A DNA stretch of 64,000 bases from a virus (taxonomy: Duplodnaviria; Caudoviricetes): IMG/VR virus record IMGVR_UViG_3300038345_000144. One strand, 5' to 3'. The translations under genes were made by a program, and so were the position numbers. Positions 27,347-38,152 of the stretch are shown piece after piece. Positions within the stretch are counted from its first letter, which is position 1; the number at the start of each line of letters is the position of its first letter. The notes under the pieces are model-generated. The model was not told the origin of the DNA. It did not search any database and saw only the letters and a list, made by a program, of their open reading frames with translations.

Positions 27347-28081
27347 TTATCCTCTTTTTTCTTGTTCGTCCTCAACGATGGTAAACAACTGATGGACATA
27401 CTTGCCGTCAACAGGCATCTTATCCTTACGGAAGACATCTACGCTTGCTGTAAGTGCCATAGAAACACCTACATAAGTATGACCTCTGTATTCCTCGTCA
27501 AAGGACATAACAGGGGAAGCGGATTTTGTCCACTGGATTTGATACTCTGAATTCTCTGCATTGAACTTCTGTACGGCACTTTTAGCCTTGTCAACAAAAG
27601 TCTTGTGACTGTCAATAACTCTCTTACGGGCTTCTGTCGCAGGCATACCCTTACGATATGCGTATTCTACTGTAACGCCACCCTGCCAAAATCTGTATCT
27701 AACAACGAGGTCGTCAGAGTTACGGAAAGTGCTTGAGTTGTAGAATTCAACAGCCAAGTTGTGCAGTTCCTTCATAAGCCTGTATTCGCAACCTACACGG
27801 ATTTCACGCTTCTGCGTAGGAAGGTTGTTGAACTTCTGGTCTTCATAAGGAATATCATCAATTACCTCAAGACCGTCATACCAACGCTCAAAATCTGAAC
27901 CAAGTCGCTCTCTCTTGTTGGTAACATATCTATCCCAACGCTCAAGATACGACTCGTCCATACGAGCCATCTTCATTAAGGACTTAAATTCATCTAAATC
28001 ACTCGGACAAGGATTAACCTTGTCGTCAACGACATAGGTGATAAATAAATCTCCAAACTTTTTCAAATCTTCGCCTGTCAT
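27347..28081 (-). CDS. Hypothetical protein
   Basis: GGAGG SD, 244 aa. Confidence 0.7.
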   Translation of the reverse strand: MTGEDLKKFGDLFITYVVDDKVNPCPSDLDEFKSLMKMARMDESYLERWDRYVTNKRERLGSDFERWYDGLEVIDDIPYEDQKFNNLPTQKREIRVGCEYRLMKELHNLAVEFYNSSTFRNSDDLVVRYRFWQGGVTVEYAYRKGMPATEARKRVIDSHKTFVDKAKSAVQKFNAENSEYQIQWTKSASPVMSFDEEYRGHTYVGVSMALTASVDVFRKDKMPVDGKYVHQLFTIVEDEQEKRG

Positions 28082-28133
28082 AGTAAAACCTCCAATAGTA
28101 TATCAAATTCTCATTTATTTGTTAATACCCTAA

Positions 28134-29246
28134 TTACTGGTTGCCTAAAAATTCAACTGTCTCACCGTTAGCGAGAGCCTCTTGAATTTTAGAAGTACAA
28201 ATATCAATTTCCTCTTGTGTCATAGTTAAATTATATTTTTCACAAATAACCAGCCAACTGTAACAATAATCCTCTACATTTACTGTTGGGAGCCACTGTG
28301 CAGGACCCTTATCACCTTTTGAACGGTTAGCGGAGTAAATAACATCAATACCGATGTCTTGGTCATAAGCATAAGCGTTCATCTGTTCAGGTGTCCAGTT
28401 AGCACCACCCCTCAAGTAAACAGATTTTAACGGAACTATGTGGTCAAAGTCAAGGTTTTGTTCGTTAGTTACTGTTGTGCCTGTATATGGGCAAGTGTAA
28501 CTGAACGGATTTTCACTAACCAAGAACCTACTTGTATGCCAAGCATAGTCGTGTCTGTTGTAAGTGGTATTACCAATCTTGTAGGTTTTAACTGGGCTTT
28601 CAAAGGAATTTCTCTGATATGTGTTCAAAGTAGCCAATTCACCGACTTCGATATTAGCCACTAACTCATTGAGTTCTTCCTCATCTTTAAGATACTTACC
28701 ATTTGCGGATAATACAGGGGCAGTAGACTCTGTTGTACCACCCTCTCCAGTCTCGGAGGTTGTTGTTTCACTATTAGGTACAGCCTCGCAGGAGATTGTA
28801 GCGTCCTTATCACAATTATTGTTTAAGAACCTGATGAGTCCGACTGTTGTAGTCTGTCCAAGTGAGTATTCGTGTCCGTCAATAACTAACTTATACTGAC
28901 TGGAGTAAACGAACTGTGCGTTCTCGGTATTATTTCCGCTATTTGTACCTTGCGTACCGAGAGGCTCATTTCCGTTATTGTTATTCTCACCGTTGTTTCC
29001 TGAATTATCGCTGTTATTACCTGAAGGCAATTCTCCATCGTCAGGTTGATACCAATTTCCGTCTGACGGTAAAGTTTCATTTCCTGAAGGTAGGTCAATA
29101 TCTGGAGTTTTTATGTTAAAAACCTGGTCGGGAGTCTTGAGTTCGACCTGCCTACTAATTTCTGAAATCTTATAACCGCCGACCCAGAGTATGCCAACAA
29201 ACAAAAGTGCTACGATGGCAACTCTAATCGCAGTTTTCCATAACAT
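28134..29246 (-). CDS. Membrane-anchored extracellular HNH nuclease (DUF1524-like)
   Basis: N-terminal TM, N/G/T-rich linkers, CPYTG...DFDHIVPL...ANRSKGDKGP..WLP. Confidence 0.8.
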   Translation of the reverse strand: MLWKTAIRVAIVALLFVGILWVGGYKISEISRQVELKTPDQVFNIKTPDIDLPSGNETLPSDGNWYQPDDGELPSGNNSDNSGNNGENNNNGNEPLGTQGTNSGNNTENAQFVYSSQYKLVIDGHEYSLGQTTTVGLIRFLNNNCDKDATISCEAVPNSETTTSETGEGGTTESTAPVLSANGKYLKDEEELNELVANIEVGELATLNTYQRNSFESPVKTYKIGNTTYNRHDYAWHTSRFLVSENPFSYTCPYTGTTVTNEQNLDFDHIVPLKSVYLRGGANWTPEQMNAYAYDQDIGIDVIYSANRSKGDKGPAQWLPTVNVEDYCYSWLVICEKYNLTMTQEEIDICTSKIQEALANGETVEFLGNQ

Positions 29247-29267
29247 AGATTTTCTCCTTTCTATATA

Positions 29268-29582
29268 TTAGTTTGGGTTCTTATCTGTCAAAACGCAGTT
29301 CATATTACTGGTGTAATACCAGTTACCGTTAATTTTTACACGCACTCCCCCGTCGTGAGCACCTATCGCATAATCATCAAGGGAACCTTCTACTATCTCA
29401 CCGTTAGGTAACTGAACATACGCATAGGTGTAACGGGGCATAGTTCCAAAATAGGAACTATCAGTACCACCATTATCTGAACAGCCTGTCAGCAATCCTG
29501 CTACTCCTAAAAACAGAGCAACAATCAAGATAAAACCACCAAACGGGGCAATAATGTCCTTAAAAACGCCCTTTGAGTACAT
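29268..29582 (-). CDS. Small lipoprotein
   Basis: Lipobox LLTGC. Confidence 0.7.
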   Translation of the reverse strand: MYSKGVFKDIIAPFGGFILIVALFLGVAGLLTGCSDNGGTDSSYFGTMPRYTYAYVQLPNGEIVEGSLDDYAIGAHDGGVRVKINGNWYYTSNMNCVLTDKNPN

Positions 29583-29606
29583 ATTTTTAATTTCCTTTCT
29601 ATACAA

Positions 29607-31601
29607 TTAAATAGATGTTGCTTTTATTTCAGCCTTCAACTCGTCCATAAATGTTGTAGCCTCAAGTTTCTCGGCAGAGAGGTTATACGAGTTCTCTTCC
29701 TCTGATGTACCGTCTACAACAGTGTCAATATTATTTGACTTATCACTCAACATCTTGATAAATACTCTATCGAAGATGGAGTTAGGGCAGTAGATATAGT
29801 AAATAACACAACCCTCTGTCTGACCAGCACGGCAAATACGGTCCTCGACCTGTTTCATATCGGAAGGGAGCCAAGAGTAGTCTACGATAATCTCTGTATG
29901 TGCTTTTGTAAGTGTAATACCAAGTCCACCTGCGACCATATTAAGAATACATACCTTGTATTTACCCCTCTGGAAGTCGTCAATAGCCTTCTGTTTCTGG
30001 GCATCTGACATACCACCACGGATTTCGCAACAGTTATTCTTGAACTTTGACTTGACATAATCTGCTGACTCAATGAAGTTAACGACAATAACTACACTTT
30101 CTTCAGCATCAATAAGGCTCTTTGCCAACTCAACGGCTGACTCTGCCTTAATCTTGGACAACATAGCCCTACCTGTCATAGCCAAACCCATATAGGTATC
30201 AAGTTTTCTACCTGTTTCCTTATCCTTCTTCGGATGATAAAGACGCTTTTCAATGTCCTTATAAGATGCAGGCAATTTAGGTGTAACAGGGATAAACTGT
30301 CTGATTTTCGTAAGGTGAGGCAATACTTCTTTTCTCAAGTGACGAACCATTACCTGACTCAATATTTCGTGTAATTCTTCAGAGTTTGTACTGCCCTCAA
30401 AGTCTGTAACCTCAATCTCTTCTCTCTTTTTAAGAGCAGGGTTCCACCTCGTAAACTTCTGCTTATCACCACCGCAATACTTCTTGCCGTAGTTAAGCCA
30501 ACTCCATTTATTACCAAAGTTGAACTCCTTGAGTTGTAACATCTTTAGTATATTAAAGAGGTCTTTATTCTTTGACGGAACAGGCGTACCACTCAACAGA
30601 TAGCAATATTCGATAGAACTTGCCAACTGAAGAACAGCGTCGGCTCTTTGAGAGTCAGGATTTCCGTAACTGTTGACCGCTTTACAATAGTGGCACTCGT
30701 CAACAATCATACAGTTGAAATTTCTCTGCAAGTTTGCCAAGAACTTCTTTACTGACTTATAGCCAATAACAGTCCAGTCCTTACCCATATGGAACATTTC
30801 ATCACTATAAAGAACCTGAACATCTTGGTCGTGCTTTGCCTGTAAAATCTCGTTTACCCAGTTAAGTCTTAACGGCTCTGGGCAAATTACCAGTTTAGGC
30901 ATATTAAGGCTCAAACCGACAATGATAGCCTCAAGGGACTTACCAGTACCCTGCTCATTACCAATCAAAAATCTCTTTTTCTTGATAATCTTCTTAACAT
31001 CGGCTACCTGATAATCGAAAGGCTCAATATCAAGTGTGCTTAAATCTATCAATTCACCGTCCACATCCTTATGGAACACAATGTTCTGCTCCATATTGTC
31101 ACGGTCATAACTAATCATCAGTTTGTCTAACCACAAAAGAAATTCGGGGAGTGTGTCAGGCTTAACCGATACAACAATCTTGTCTGGGTATGTCTTGCTA
31201 TCAACGAACTTTAGACAGCCCTTATGGAAGCCTTCCCATAAATCATTTACGAGCGACTTCTCATTAGCGTTTATCTCAAATTCGTGGAAACCATACTTAT
31301 TAACAACGCCTGTCTTAACACAGCGAATATCGGTCCTGATACCCTCGTCATAATAGTCTGATACTGAATGTGAATAATCTTCTTTTGAGTTCTGAACAAT
31401 GCTAAAATACTTCATTCGCAAGTCCATAGCCTCATTCATTTCATCTTCAGGGAGGTCATAGTTACATAAAGCACAGGCAATTAAAAACAAATCATAATCA
31501 TTAGGCTTTTTAAGTTGTGAAATCTTTAATAGTTGACGAGTATCTTTAATGTTGTAAGCCTTATTGTCCAACATTTCCTTATTCTTTTGCATTAAATCCA
31601 T
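29607..31601 (-). CDS. SNF2-family (HARP/SMARCAL1-like) helicase
   Basis: PFDYQ, EQGTGKS, IVDECH, LSGTP, GLGITLT, QVEDRICRAGQ. Confidence 0.9.
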   Translation of the reverse strand: MDLMQKNKEMLDNKAYNIKDTRQLLKISQLKKPNDYDLFLIACALCNYDLPEDEMNEAMDLRMKYFSIVQNSKEDYSHSVSDYYDEGIRTDIRCVKTGVVNKYGFHEFEINANEKSLVNDLWEGFHKGCLKFVDSKTYPDKIVVSVKPDTLPEFLLWLDKLMISYDRDNMEQNIVFHKDVDGELIDLSTLDIEPFDYQVADVKKIIKKKRFLIGNEQGTGKSLEAIIVGLSLNMPKLVICPEPLRLNWVNEILQAKHDQDVQVLYSDEMFHMGKDWTVIGYKSVKKFLANLQRNFNCMIVDECHYCKAVNSYGNPDSQRADAVLQLASSIEYCYLLSGTPVPSKNKDLFNILKMLQLKEFNFGNKWSWLNYGKKYCGGDKQKFTRWNPALKKREEIEVTDFEGSTNSEELHEILSQVMVRHLRKEVLPHLTKIRQFIPVTPKLPASYKDIEKRLYHPKKDKETGRKLDTYMGLAMTGRAMLSKIKAESAVELAKSLIDAEESVVIVVNFIESADYVKSKFKNNCCEIRGGMSDAQKQKAIDDFQRGKYKVCILNMVAGGLGITLTKAHTEIIVDYSWLPSDMKQVEDRICRAGQTEGCVIYYIYCPNSIFDRVFIKMLSDKSNNIDTVVDGTSEEENSYNLSAEKLEATTFMDELKAEIKATSI

Positions 31602-31603
31602 TA

Positions 31604-31852
31604 TTATTTTCCTTTACTCTCTAAATATTCAATTTCGTCCATTTCAACTTCGTCGATGGTCATAGCAACCTGTCTGGTTACATAACCCTTTGTCCATATA
31701 AACTTAATTTTCTTATCCTCATAAACCAAAATAGCATCTTGAGGAACTTTGAAACCACGCTTGATAAATAACTCACGCACTCGTTCTTTCGTCTTGAAGT
31801 AGTTATCTATCATTAACTTAATTTGCATTGTGTCCATTAGGATTACCCCCAA
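31604..31852 (-). CDS. Hypothetical protein
   Basis: Operon packing. Confidence 0.55.
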   Translation of the reverse strand: MGVILMDTMQIKLMIDNYFKTKERVRELFIKRGFKVPQDAILVYEDKKIKFIWTKGYVTRQVAMTIDEVEMDEIEYLESKGK

Positions 31853-32040
31853 AATATTTATCTCATCGTTTGTGCTACCTCACCAATAAAAATAGACACA
31901 CGAAAAGAACCGCACCTTTTACAATGCGGATTATCACAAGTAGCACTGGTCATTTTACTCTTTTCTTGTGTCATTATGTCCTTATATAAATAGAGGGCAG
32001 ATTTTGTATGTCTGCCCCCATAATTTTTAAGTTTTTTCTG

Positions 32041-32298
32041 TTATGCGTCGGCAATTACCAGATGTTCAGTTGTTCTCACGGAACGCTTGACGAAAGCATC
32101 GGCAAGTCCCTTATCAATGATGAAGTCCCAAGCCGCATCTTCTGTGTTAAATCTCTTTGCTCTGCCCATCCAGTATGATGTTCCAACTTCTCCGTTATCC
32201 TCAACATCATCAGTAACGAACAGGTTTACAAAACCGCCACATACCTTCGTAAGAGGTACTCCAACTACATAACTAACGATGCACTTTTCAATAACCAT
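32041..32298 (-). CDS. Hypothetical protein
   Basis: Own promoter TTTACA-N18-TATAAT (32338-32367); SD. Confidence 0.65.
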   Translation of the reverse strand: MVIEKCIVSYVVGVPLTKVCGGFVNLFVTDDVEDNGEVGTSYWMGRAKRFNTEDAAWDFIIDKGLADAFVKRSVRTTEHLVIADA

Positions 32299-32552
32299 AA
32301 CAATATCCTTTCTCAACAACTCTTTGTTGTTGTGCATATTATACCAAATCCGTAACACATTTGTAAAGTGTCTTACGCCTTTTGGTATTTCTTTATTATA
32401 ATTAAATAGCCTTTCGCAGGGCTTGGATATTGATATTACTTGGTTTTTTGCTTGTCTTCACAACCGTCTCTGTGGTCACAATTACGGCAAGGGCAGTGGC
32501 AATCGCCATCTACATTGTAAGGACAACCTCTGTTATTACTCGGACATTTCAT

Positions 32553-32885
32553 TTAGTCAGCCACCTTTTCTGTTTCGTTATTCATAAACTGGATGAAGTA
32601 TTTAGCCTCATCAGTATCTATGATACCTCTCTGGCAATCCTTGAGACCCTGATTGTAGCGTTCATCACCCTCAATCTTGTCCATCTTGCGAGAGATATTA
32701 ACCAGTTTATCAATTTCTTCGTATTTTGCAAGTCTATTCTTATAAACCCACATACGACTCTGGGCTACGGCAACCTCATCACGGTCCTTTGATGTGGCAA
32801 TAATCTGCTCACAAGAAGCAATCGCATTTGATAAATCCTGCCTCTGTACCAGCGTTCCTACGAACTGAACATCATAATCGGTCAT
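32553..32885 (-). CDS. Hypothetical protein
   Basis: AAGGAG SD. Confidence 0.65.
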   Translation of the reverse strand: MTDYDVQFVGTLVQRQDLSNAIASCEQIIATSKDRDEVAVAQSRMWVYKNRLAKYEEIDKLVNISRKMDKIEGDERYNQGLKDCQRGIIDTDEAKYFIQFMNNETEKVAD

Positions 32886-32902
32886 AACTTTCCACTCCTT
32901 TA

Positions 32903-33334
32903 TTATTCTTCAATTTTATAAAAGGCTACTCCACAACGACTACAATGCTTTGGAGGAATTCCATCATCATTATCGTCATACCATTCAACAGACGCTCCGC
33001 AAGCAGAACAAACGCCCTGATTGTACCCGTCATCCGACAATTTTACTGTAAGTACGGCAGGTACGGAATACTTGCCAATAATGTCAAGCACCTGATTTAT
33101 CTGAACATAGTCTTTGCCATCTGCACCACTCTTTTTAGTTTCTAACTTACAGATGTCCTTCTTGATTTCTTCATTTGCAGGTAAATAAGGCTTACTCTGG
33201 GTTCTTCTAACCAACTCATCAGTTATCAGACTTCGCATTTCGAGGTCTGCCTCTGTCTTTGCCTTATAATTAAGTTCTTCAAGCGATAGTGTTTGTAACC
33301 ACGCTCTTGTTTTAAGAATTGTATCGTTGTCCAT
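32903..33334 (-). CDS. Protein with C-terminal Zn ribbon
   Basis: CSACG...CSRCG. Confidence 0.65.
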   Translation of the reverse strand: MDNDTILKTRAWLQTLSLEELNYKAKTEADLEMRSLITDELVRRTQSKPYLPANEEIKKDICKLETKKSGADGKDYVQINQVLDIIGKYSVPAVLTVKLSDDGYNQGVCSACGASVEWYDDNDDGIPPKHCSRCGVAFYKIEE

Positions 33335-33409
33335 TTTTAGTTCCTCTTTCACTTCTTACGCTCATAATAGCATATTGTCTACTAATAGGTAAAGGGTTAG
33401 ACTGAATTT

Positions 33410-33655
33410 CTAACCCTTAAATTCAATTCCATATTCTTCTAATGTCTTGATAATTCTCTCTGCCTTATGCCCATCAGTCTCCTTAATGCAGGCTCCGTGA
33501 GCAATATAATACATACCGTTCTCAAGCCAAATGGTCTTAACGCCGTCCTCAATAACGAACTCGTTAATGTTCAGACCCTCTGCAAAGTCCAAGAATTCCT
33601 CTGGCTCGTCAATAATCGAATAACACTCTTCAATAATCTGCTGAATAGGTTTCAT
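33410..33655 (-). CDS. Hypothetical protein
   Basis: AAGGAG SD. Confidence 0.65.
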   Translation of the reverse strand: MKPIQQIIEECYSIIDEPEEFLDFAEGLNINEFVIEDGVKTIWLENGMYYIAHGACIKETDGHKAERIIKTLEEYGIEFKG

Positions 33656-33668
33656 TACGGTAACTCCT

Positions 33669-34016
33669 TTAGAAAAATTCCCTTTTAGGTGGTGTCGAGT
33701 CTATTACCTTCTGTATAGCAGAACGAATGTTCTTTTCTGCGAGAGCCTCTAATTCTGCTGGAGATTTATTGTACTTCTTACAATATTCTTCAAGAATATT
33801 CATATCAGACATAAAGAACCACTCTTTAGGGATAGCCAACTGTTGCCACTCCCTATCGAAGGTGAAAACCTCAACGAGAAACTCGCTTTCTCTATCCTGC
33901 TGAATATTTGCCTGACAATAACGGAACCCACACAGGTCAAGAATATGACCGATGTTAGCCATTATTTCCAAATATCCCTGATAAGCAGTACGGATTTCAT
34001 CTTTATTAGCAAACAT
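33669..34016 (-). CDS. Hypothetical protein
   Basis: AAGGAG SD. Confidence 0.65.
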   Translation of the reverse strand: MFANKDEIRTAYQGYLEIMANIGHILDLCGFRYCQANIQQDRESEFLVEVFTFDREWQQLAIPKEWFFMSDMNILEEYCKKYNKSPAELEALAEKNIRSAIQKVIDSTPPKREFF

Positions 34017-34049
34017 TTGTTTGTCTCCTTACTTACTTCTGTACTATTA

Positions 34050-34736
34050 TTAGTCCCAACTCCTGGTCCAACCTTTTGCCCAGCCATTCTTTGCCTGTTC
34101 GTCATCGAAGGCTTGGTTCTTCATAGCCCTTTCCATAAGTTGCATAGTCTTATAGCAAGGTCGGTCTGTCTTACCACAAGTAGGATATGTTTCAAAACCA
34201 CCGCAAGATGGTCTGGGGTTCAAACAATATCCATCAATAATGTCTTTGGTTTCTTTTTCGTAGCCCATAACAATTACTCCTTTAGTTTTGGAACCTTGAT
34301 TTAAGTTCATCGTATTTTGACATCATTTTCTTTGCACATTCAGGGCAATATTCCTTTGGTATCTTACGGGAAACCATTTCATATCCGCATACAGCACACT
34401 TATATCTGTGCTTTGCAAACAGTCCCGTTCCCTCACTTCCAACTTCTATCCAATTGTTTTTTATCTGATTATTATTTTCCATATCCATTATCTCTCATTC
34501 TCTTCTACATCTCTTAAAAGAATATCCCTGATGGTGTTGGGGGGTCTCATATTACGCCTTTCAGAATAAAATTCACACCAGCCTCCAAACTTTCTAAAAG
34601 GACATTCCTTCGAACAACTTACTCCTTTGTTTCCTGCCATACCAGTCTGTTTCTTATAAAAATCACAAATCATAAGAGCGAGTTCTCTCGGTGGTAAGGC
34701 TTTTACCTGCTCAATAAACACATCTAAATTATTCAT
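34050..34736 (-). other. Run of three small Cys-rich / Zn-ribbon genes (34050-34268, 34282-34488, 34488-34736)
   Basis: CxxC motifs; abutting ORFs. Confidence 0.6.
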
Positions 34737-35022
34737 TAAGTTTCAGACCTCCTCCACAATATTTGCACTGTCCATCGTCAAATCGACTTTGTTTCCCGCA
34801 GAACGGACAGGTAACAATCTTCTGTTTCTTATACTCATTTTCCTCGGCTTCTTGCTGTTTTGCTTTAATCTCGGAAGCCTTCTGTATCATTTCTCGGTTA
34901 TTCTTACCTACACGGGTAAAGTATTTTACCAAGAAGATGATAACGGCTACGGTAGGGATTGATGCCATAAACATCAAACCGAAAGTCTGTAAGATAACCC
35001 AAAGTACATCACCACTATTCAT
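34729..35022 (-). CDS. TM + Zn-ribbon protein, paralog of 35015-35284
   Basis: TM helix; TCPFCG...CKYCGG. Confidence 0.7.
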   Translation of the reverse strand: MNSGDVLWVILQTFGLMFMASIPTVAVIIFLVKYFTRVGKNNREMIQKASEIKAKQQEAEENEYKKQKIVTCPFCGKQSRFDDGQCKYCGGGLKLNE

Positions 35023-35284
35023 TATTATCTCCTAACTTGGCTCCACAATACTTGCAGGTATCAGCCTCACCGATATTGGTCATTCCACAATATTTACAGG
35101 TAATCATCTGTGTACTTGCTAACTTGTCATCTGCCTTTTTCTCGGCTTCTTTAGCCACTTTATCAAAGTTCTGACGCTCTTCGTTGTGTTTCTTCTTACT
35201 TACTACTCCAATATAAATAAGCAGTCCAATAAGACCGCCGTACACTGCCATAGAAAGAATAAGTGAACCTATCCAACCACCCAT
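35015..35284 (-). CDS. TM + Zn-ribbon protein
   Basis: TM helix; TCKYCG...CKYCGA. Confidence 0.7.
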   Translation of the reverse strand: MGGWIGSLILSMAVYGGLIGLLIYIGVVSKKKHNEERQNFDKVAKEAEKKADDKLASTQMITCKYCGMTNIGEADTCKYCGAKLGDNNE

Positions 35285-35616
35285 TTGTTGTTATCCACCT
35301 CTTTCATAGCAATATAGATGAGACCCTCGGTATAGTCCATACCCTTAATCTCATCCTTATACTTCGCATATTCTTCAGGAATACTATCATAGTCAAAGCC
35401 ACACTGGATAGCCCACTCAATCAATAATTTCAGAGCAGGGTTTTCCTGTATTGCCTTAATGCCTTTTTCAAGAGAATAATAATAATCCAAGTCCTCGGAG
35501 TTAGTAGATACCACAAGTTTCTGTACTGTTTTAAGGTTTTTTATAGCCACCTCATCGGTGACTCTCTTCTTACTCTCTTCGGCTTTTGCTTTTACTTTTA
35601 CAGGGTCAAGTGCCAT
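35269..35616 (-). CDS. Hypothetical protein
   Basis: AAGGAG SD before MALDP. Confidence 0.6.
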   Translation of the reverse strand: MALDPVKVKAKAEESKKRVTDEVAIKNLKTVQKLVVSTNSEDLDYYYSLEKGIKAIQENPALKLLIEWAIQCGFDYDSIPEEYAKYKDEIKGMDYTEGLIYIAMKEVDNNKWVVG

Positions 35617-35769
35617 ATTACTGCTCCTTTTCTTCCCAATGTGTAGGCTGGTCAAATGTAATCCAACCGTCTATGTAGTCTAAATAACCATTCTCGCAAC
35701 CCTCACAAGTCTGGCTATTTTCATACTTACAGTTATAACAATCTTTGATATTATCACACATATATATTA

Positions 35770-36018
35770 TCACCTTTTCATAGTCGCACCGCAACGACAA
35801 GTATTACTTAACTGGGAAACATCTTCTACACTGACTGCCCTACCACAAAAAGAACACCTAAACCAGTCCTTATATACGCCCTGATTACGCTCTCTCTTCC
35901 ACTTTGCAACGGTTCCCTTTGGTGCTTCAGGACAACTAACGAAATTAGCATTTTCCTTACACTCCAAACAAGGTTCTTTCAAATCTACACCGTAATATCG
36001 GCAATCCTCACACTTCAT
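35770..36018 (-). CDS. Double Zn-binding small protein
   Basis: CEDC..CLEC; CSFCG...CRCG. Confidence 0.6.
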   Translation of the reverse strand: MKCEDCRYYGVDLKEPCLECKENANFVSCPEAPKGTVAKWKRERNQGVYKDWFRCSFCGRAVSVEDVSQLSNTCRCGATMKR

Positions 36019-36029
36019 AGTCAGTCTCC

Positions 36030-36527
36030 TTATACTAATGTTAAGTTGTCCTTCTTGTATAACGCATAACCAAATGGCATAGGCGACCAAGACTTGATTT
36101 CGTCGGCATAGTCTAATTCTACACCTGCATCTTCAGGGTCAACCCAACACCACTTGTCTTTATGGTCGTTTGTACTGTTCTTGGGTAAGAAAGTCCACCT
36201 TGCCATACTTACTACATTTCCCTCGACAGGGTTAATGGGAATAGTAACAAGATAAAGACCTGCCTCTTCAGGAGGTCTTACTGAACAGAGCGTCCACTGG
36301 AGAACTTCCTTTTCGTTACCAACTGCCAAACATTCTTTCTTCTTTTGCTTCAGGTATTCTTCTCTCTGCTTCGCCCATTTAAGATATTCTTCTTCAGTTA
36401 CCTGCTTACGAACAGTTCCGCAACCGACACAAACCAACTCATAAGTTGAGTAGCCCGCCGCATCGGTGTGTTTTACCATCTTAAAATATTGGCACTTACA
36501 TTTTTTGCATACACCAGTCTTACTCAT
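36030..36527 (-). CDS. Zn-ribbon protein with DUF551-like C-terminus
   Basis: CKKC...CVGC; W..CSVRPPEE.G.YLVT...W.PMP. Confidence 0.65.
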   Translation of the reverse strand: MSKTGVCKKCKCQYFKMVKHTDAAGYSTYELVCVGCGTVRKQVTEEEYLKWAKQREEYLKQKKKECLAVGNEKEVLQWTLCSVRPPEEAGLYLVTIPINPVEGNVVSMARWTFLPKNSTNDHKDKWCWVDPEDAGVELDYADEIKSWSPMPFGYALYKKDNLTLV

Positions 36528-36924
36528 TATTTGCCTCTTTCGATGCTAATTCAATCTTGTTAAGTTCTTCTTCGACTTTTTCAATATAATCAACCGTAGG
36601 GTCATATCCTTCCTCAAGAAGAGCCAGTTCCCTTTTAGCCTGACGTTCAATCTGCCACTTATTGATAGTGTAAATCAACATATTGTTGGTGTTGCTTACT
36701 TCACCAATAAAAGCAGTCAACTTATCCTTGTCATAGTCGTAAGAATGAGAAATCCACTCATTCTCACACGCAATACAGGTAAACTTAAAGAACTTATTAT
36801 ATGAGTCAGACTCACACGGCACAATTTGAGGTAGCCAGTGTGAGTGTCCACATTTAGGGCAAACATATCCCTGTGATAAAGCCTTACGCTTCCTGTATGC
36901 TAACTTGTTCATTTCATCTTCCAT
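36520..36924 (-). CDS. Zn-ribbon protein
   Basis: CPKCG...CIAC. Confidence 0.65.
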   Translation of the reverse strand: MEDEMNKLAYRKRKALSQGYVCPKCGHSHWLPQIVPCESDSYNKFFKFTCIACENEWISHSYDYDKDKLTAFIGEVSNTNNMLIYTINKWQIERQAKRELALLEEGYDPTVDYIEKVEEELNKIELASKEANNE

Positions 36925-36933
36925 TTTTTACTC

Positions 36934-37500
36934 CTAATTATCCTGTGGTTTTCCAAATGGGAATTCCACCTTATAGACTGTCTTGTAGCCTGTATAGCCG
37001 TTCAATTTTTTCATTGAAGGCTCGTAACAATCTATATGCTTTCCACGGACCCCCGACCCCGTATCTTCGCAACGGTAAAGTCGTCCGTCCACCTCTATAT
37101 ATGTTCCAAAACCAAGCACACGAACATCGCTCGCACAAGTAGTAATGTTACCCTGATGTACTGTGGTTCCACTGGCTGTTTTCTTACAACCAGTTTCTTT
37201 ATCACTATAAGCGGTAATGTAATATGTACCGATAGGCTTTACCGCATAAAACAAAGCACTCATATTTACTTCTTCTTCAAAATGAGCGTAGAATTCAGGC
37301 TCAATATCTTTTGCTGTTTCCTTTTGGGGATTACTCTTCCAGTAAACATAATGCTCAAAGTAGTCGGGCATTTCAATAACCAATGTCTCGACTGGTGCTT
37401 CTTCATAAACAATGGTCTGACAAGCAAGCATACCAAAGAGAGTTATGAGCATACATAACGCTGAAAGTATTGTGATTTTAGTAAAAAAACTTGTACTCAT
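36934..37500 (-). CDS. 3D-domain cell-wall (lytic transglycosylase-like) protein
   Basis: ITAYS...TASGT...CASD.....GT.IEVDG..Y.CEDTG..V.GKHID; N-terminal signal; promoter 37535-37564. Confidence 0.85.
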   Translation of the reverse strand: MSTSFFTKITILSALCMLITLFGMLACQTIVYEEAPVETLVIEMPDYFEHYVYWKSNPQKETAKDIEPEFYAHFEEEVNMSALFYAVKPIGTYYITAYSDKETGCKKTASGTTVHQGNITTCASDVRVLGFGTYIEVDGRLYRCEDTGSGVRGKHIDCYEPSMKKLNGYTGYKTVYKVEFPFGKPQDN

Positions 37501-37568
37501 TTTAATTATTATCTACCTTAACTAATGTAAAATAAGTATATCATATAGTCTGACGGATTGTAAACCCA

Positions 37569-37865
37569 TCAGTTCTTGTCGGCTTCTACAAGAGTGGGAA
37601 GGGCATTTACACGATACTGATGACAAATACCGTAATCACACTTCTGACAAGTAAGGTCGTAGGAAGGCGGGCAGTCCATAACATTATTAGGACATCTGAA
37701 ATAGATAATCTTGCTGACATCCTTCAATGCTCCGTGACCCTTTGGCAATACTGTGCCGTTTCTAATTAACGAATAAAATGAGCGAGCGTCAAGGCTTTCA
37801 AAGTAGTCCTTAAAGTCGCCTGTTTCCATTACTTCATCGGGGATTGTAATTACTACTTCTGCCAT
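37569..37865 (-). CDS. Phage hypothetical protein (GTVLPKGHG family)
   Basis: Motif shared with 63548-63841. Confidence 0.65.
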   Translation of the reverse strand: MAEVVITIPDEVMETGDFKDYFESLDARSFYSLIRNGTVLPKGHGALKDVSKIIYFRCPNNVMDCPPSYDLTCQKCDYGICHQYRVNALPTLVEADKN

Positions 37866-38152
37866 TAGACTGCCTCCTGCTCCTTTTCAAGGTTCTTGTA
37901 ATACTCTTCTGTTGATACAGGAACAGATGAAGTCTCTGCCTTCTTATCTCGGATGTTCTCTGTATTAGGTCTTCTCAACATAGCACCAAATGTGCAACCC
38001 AAACCAGCAACTCCGCAAATGCAGAAGCCTGTACCAATCATCTTATAAAGCAGTACGGGTGTTGCTACTGTAAAGTAAAGGCATACGAAAATGCCGATAA
38101 TTCCTGTAACTACTGTAATAATGTCGATTGTCTTTCTTGTCATAGTATTCAC
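37865..38152 (-). CDS. 2-TM membrane protein
   Basis: Promoter TTTACA-N18-TATAAT at 38174-38203. Confidence 0.65.
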   Translation of the reverse strand: MNTMTRKTIDIITVVTGIIGIFVCLYFTVATPVLLYKMIGTGFCICGVAGLGCTFGAMLRRPNTENIRDKKAETSSVPVSTEEYYKNLEKEQEAV

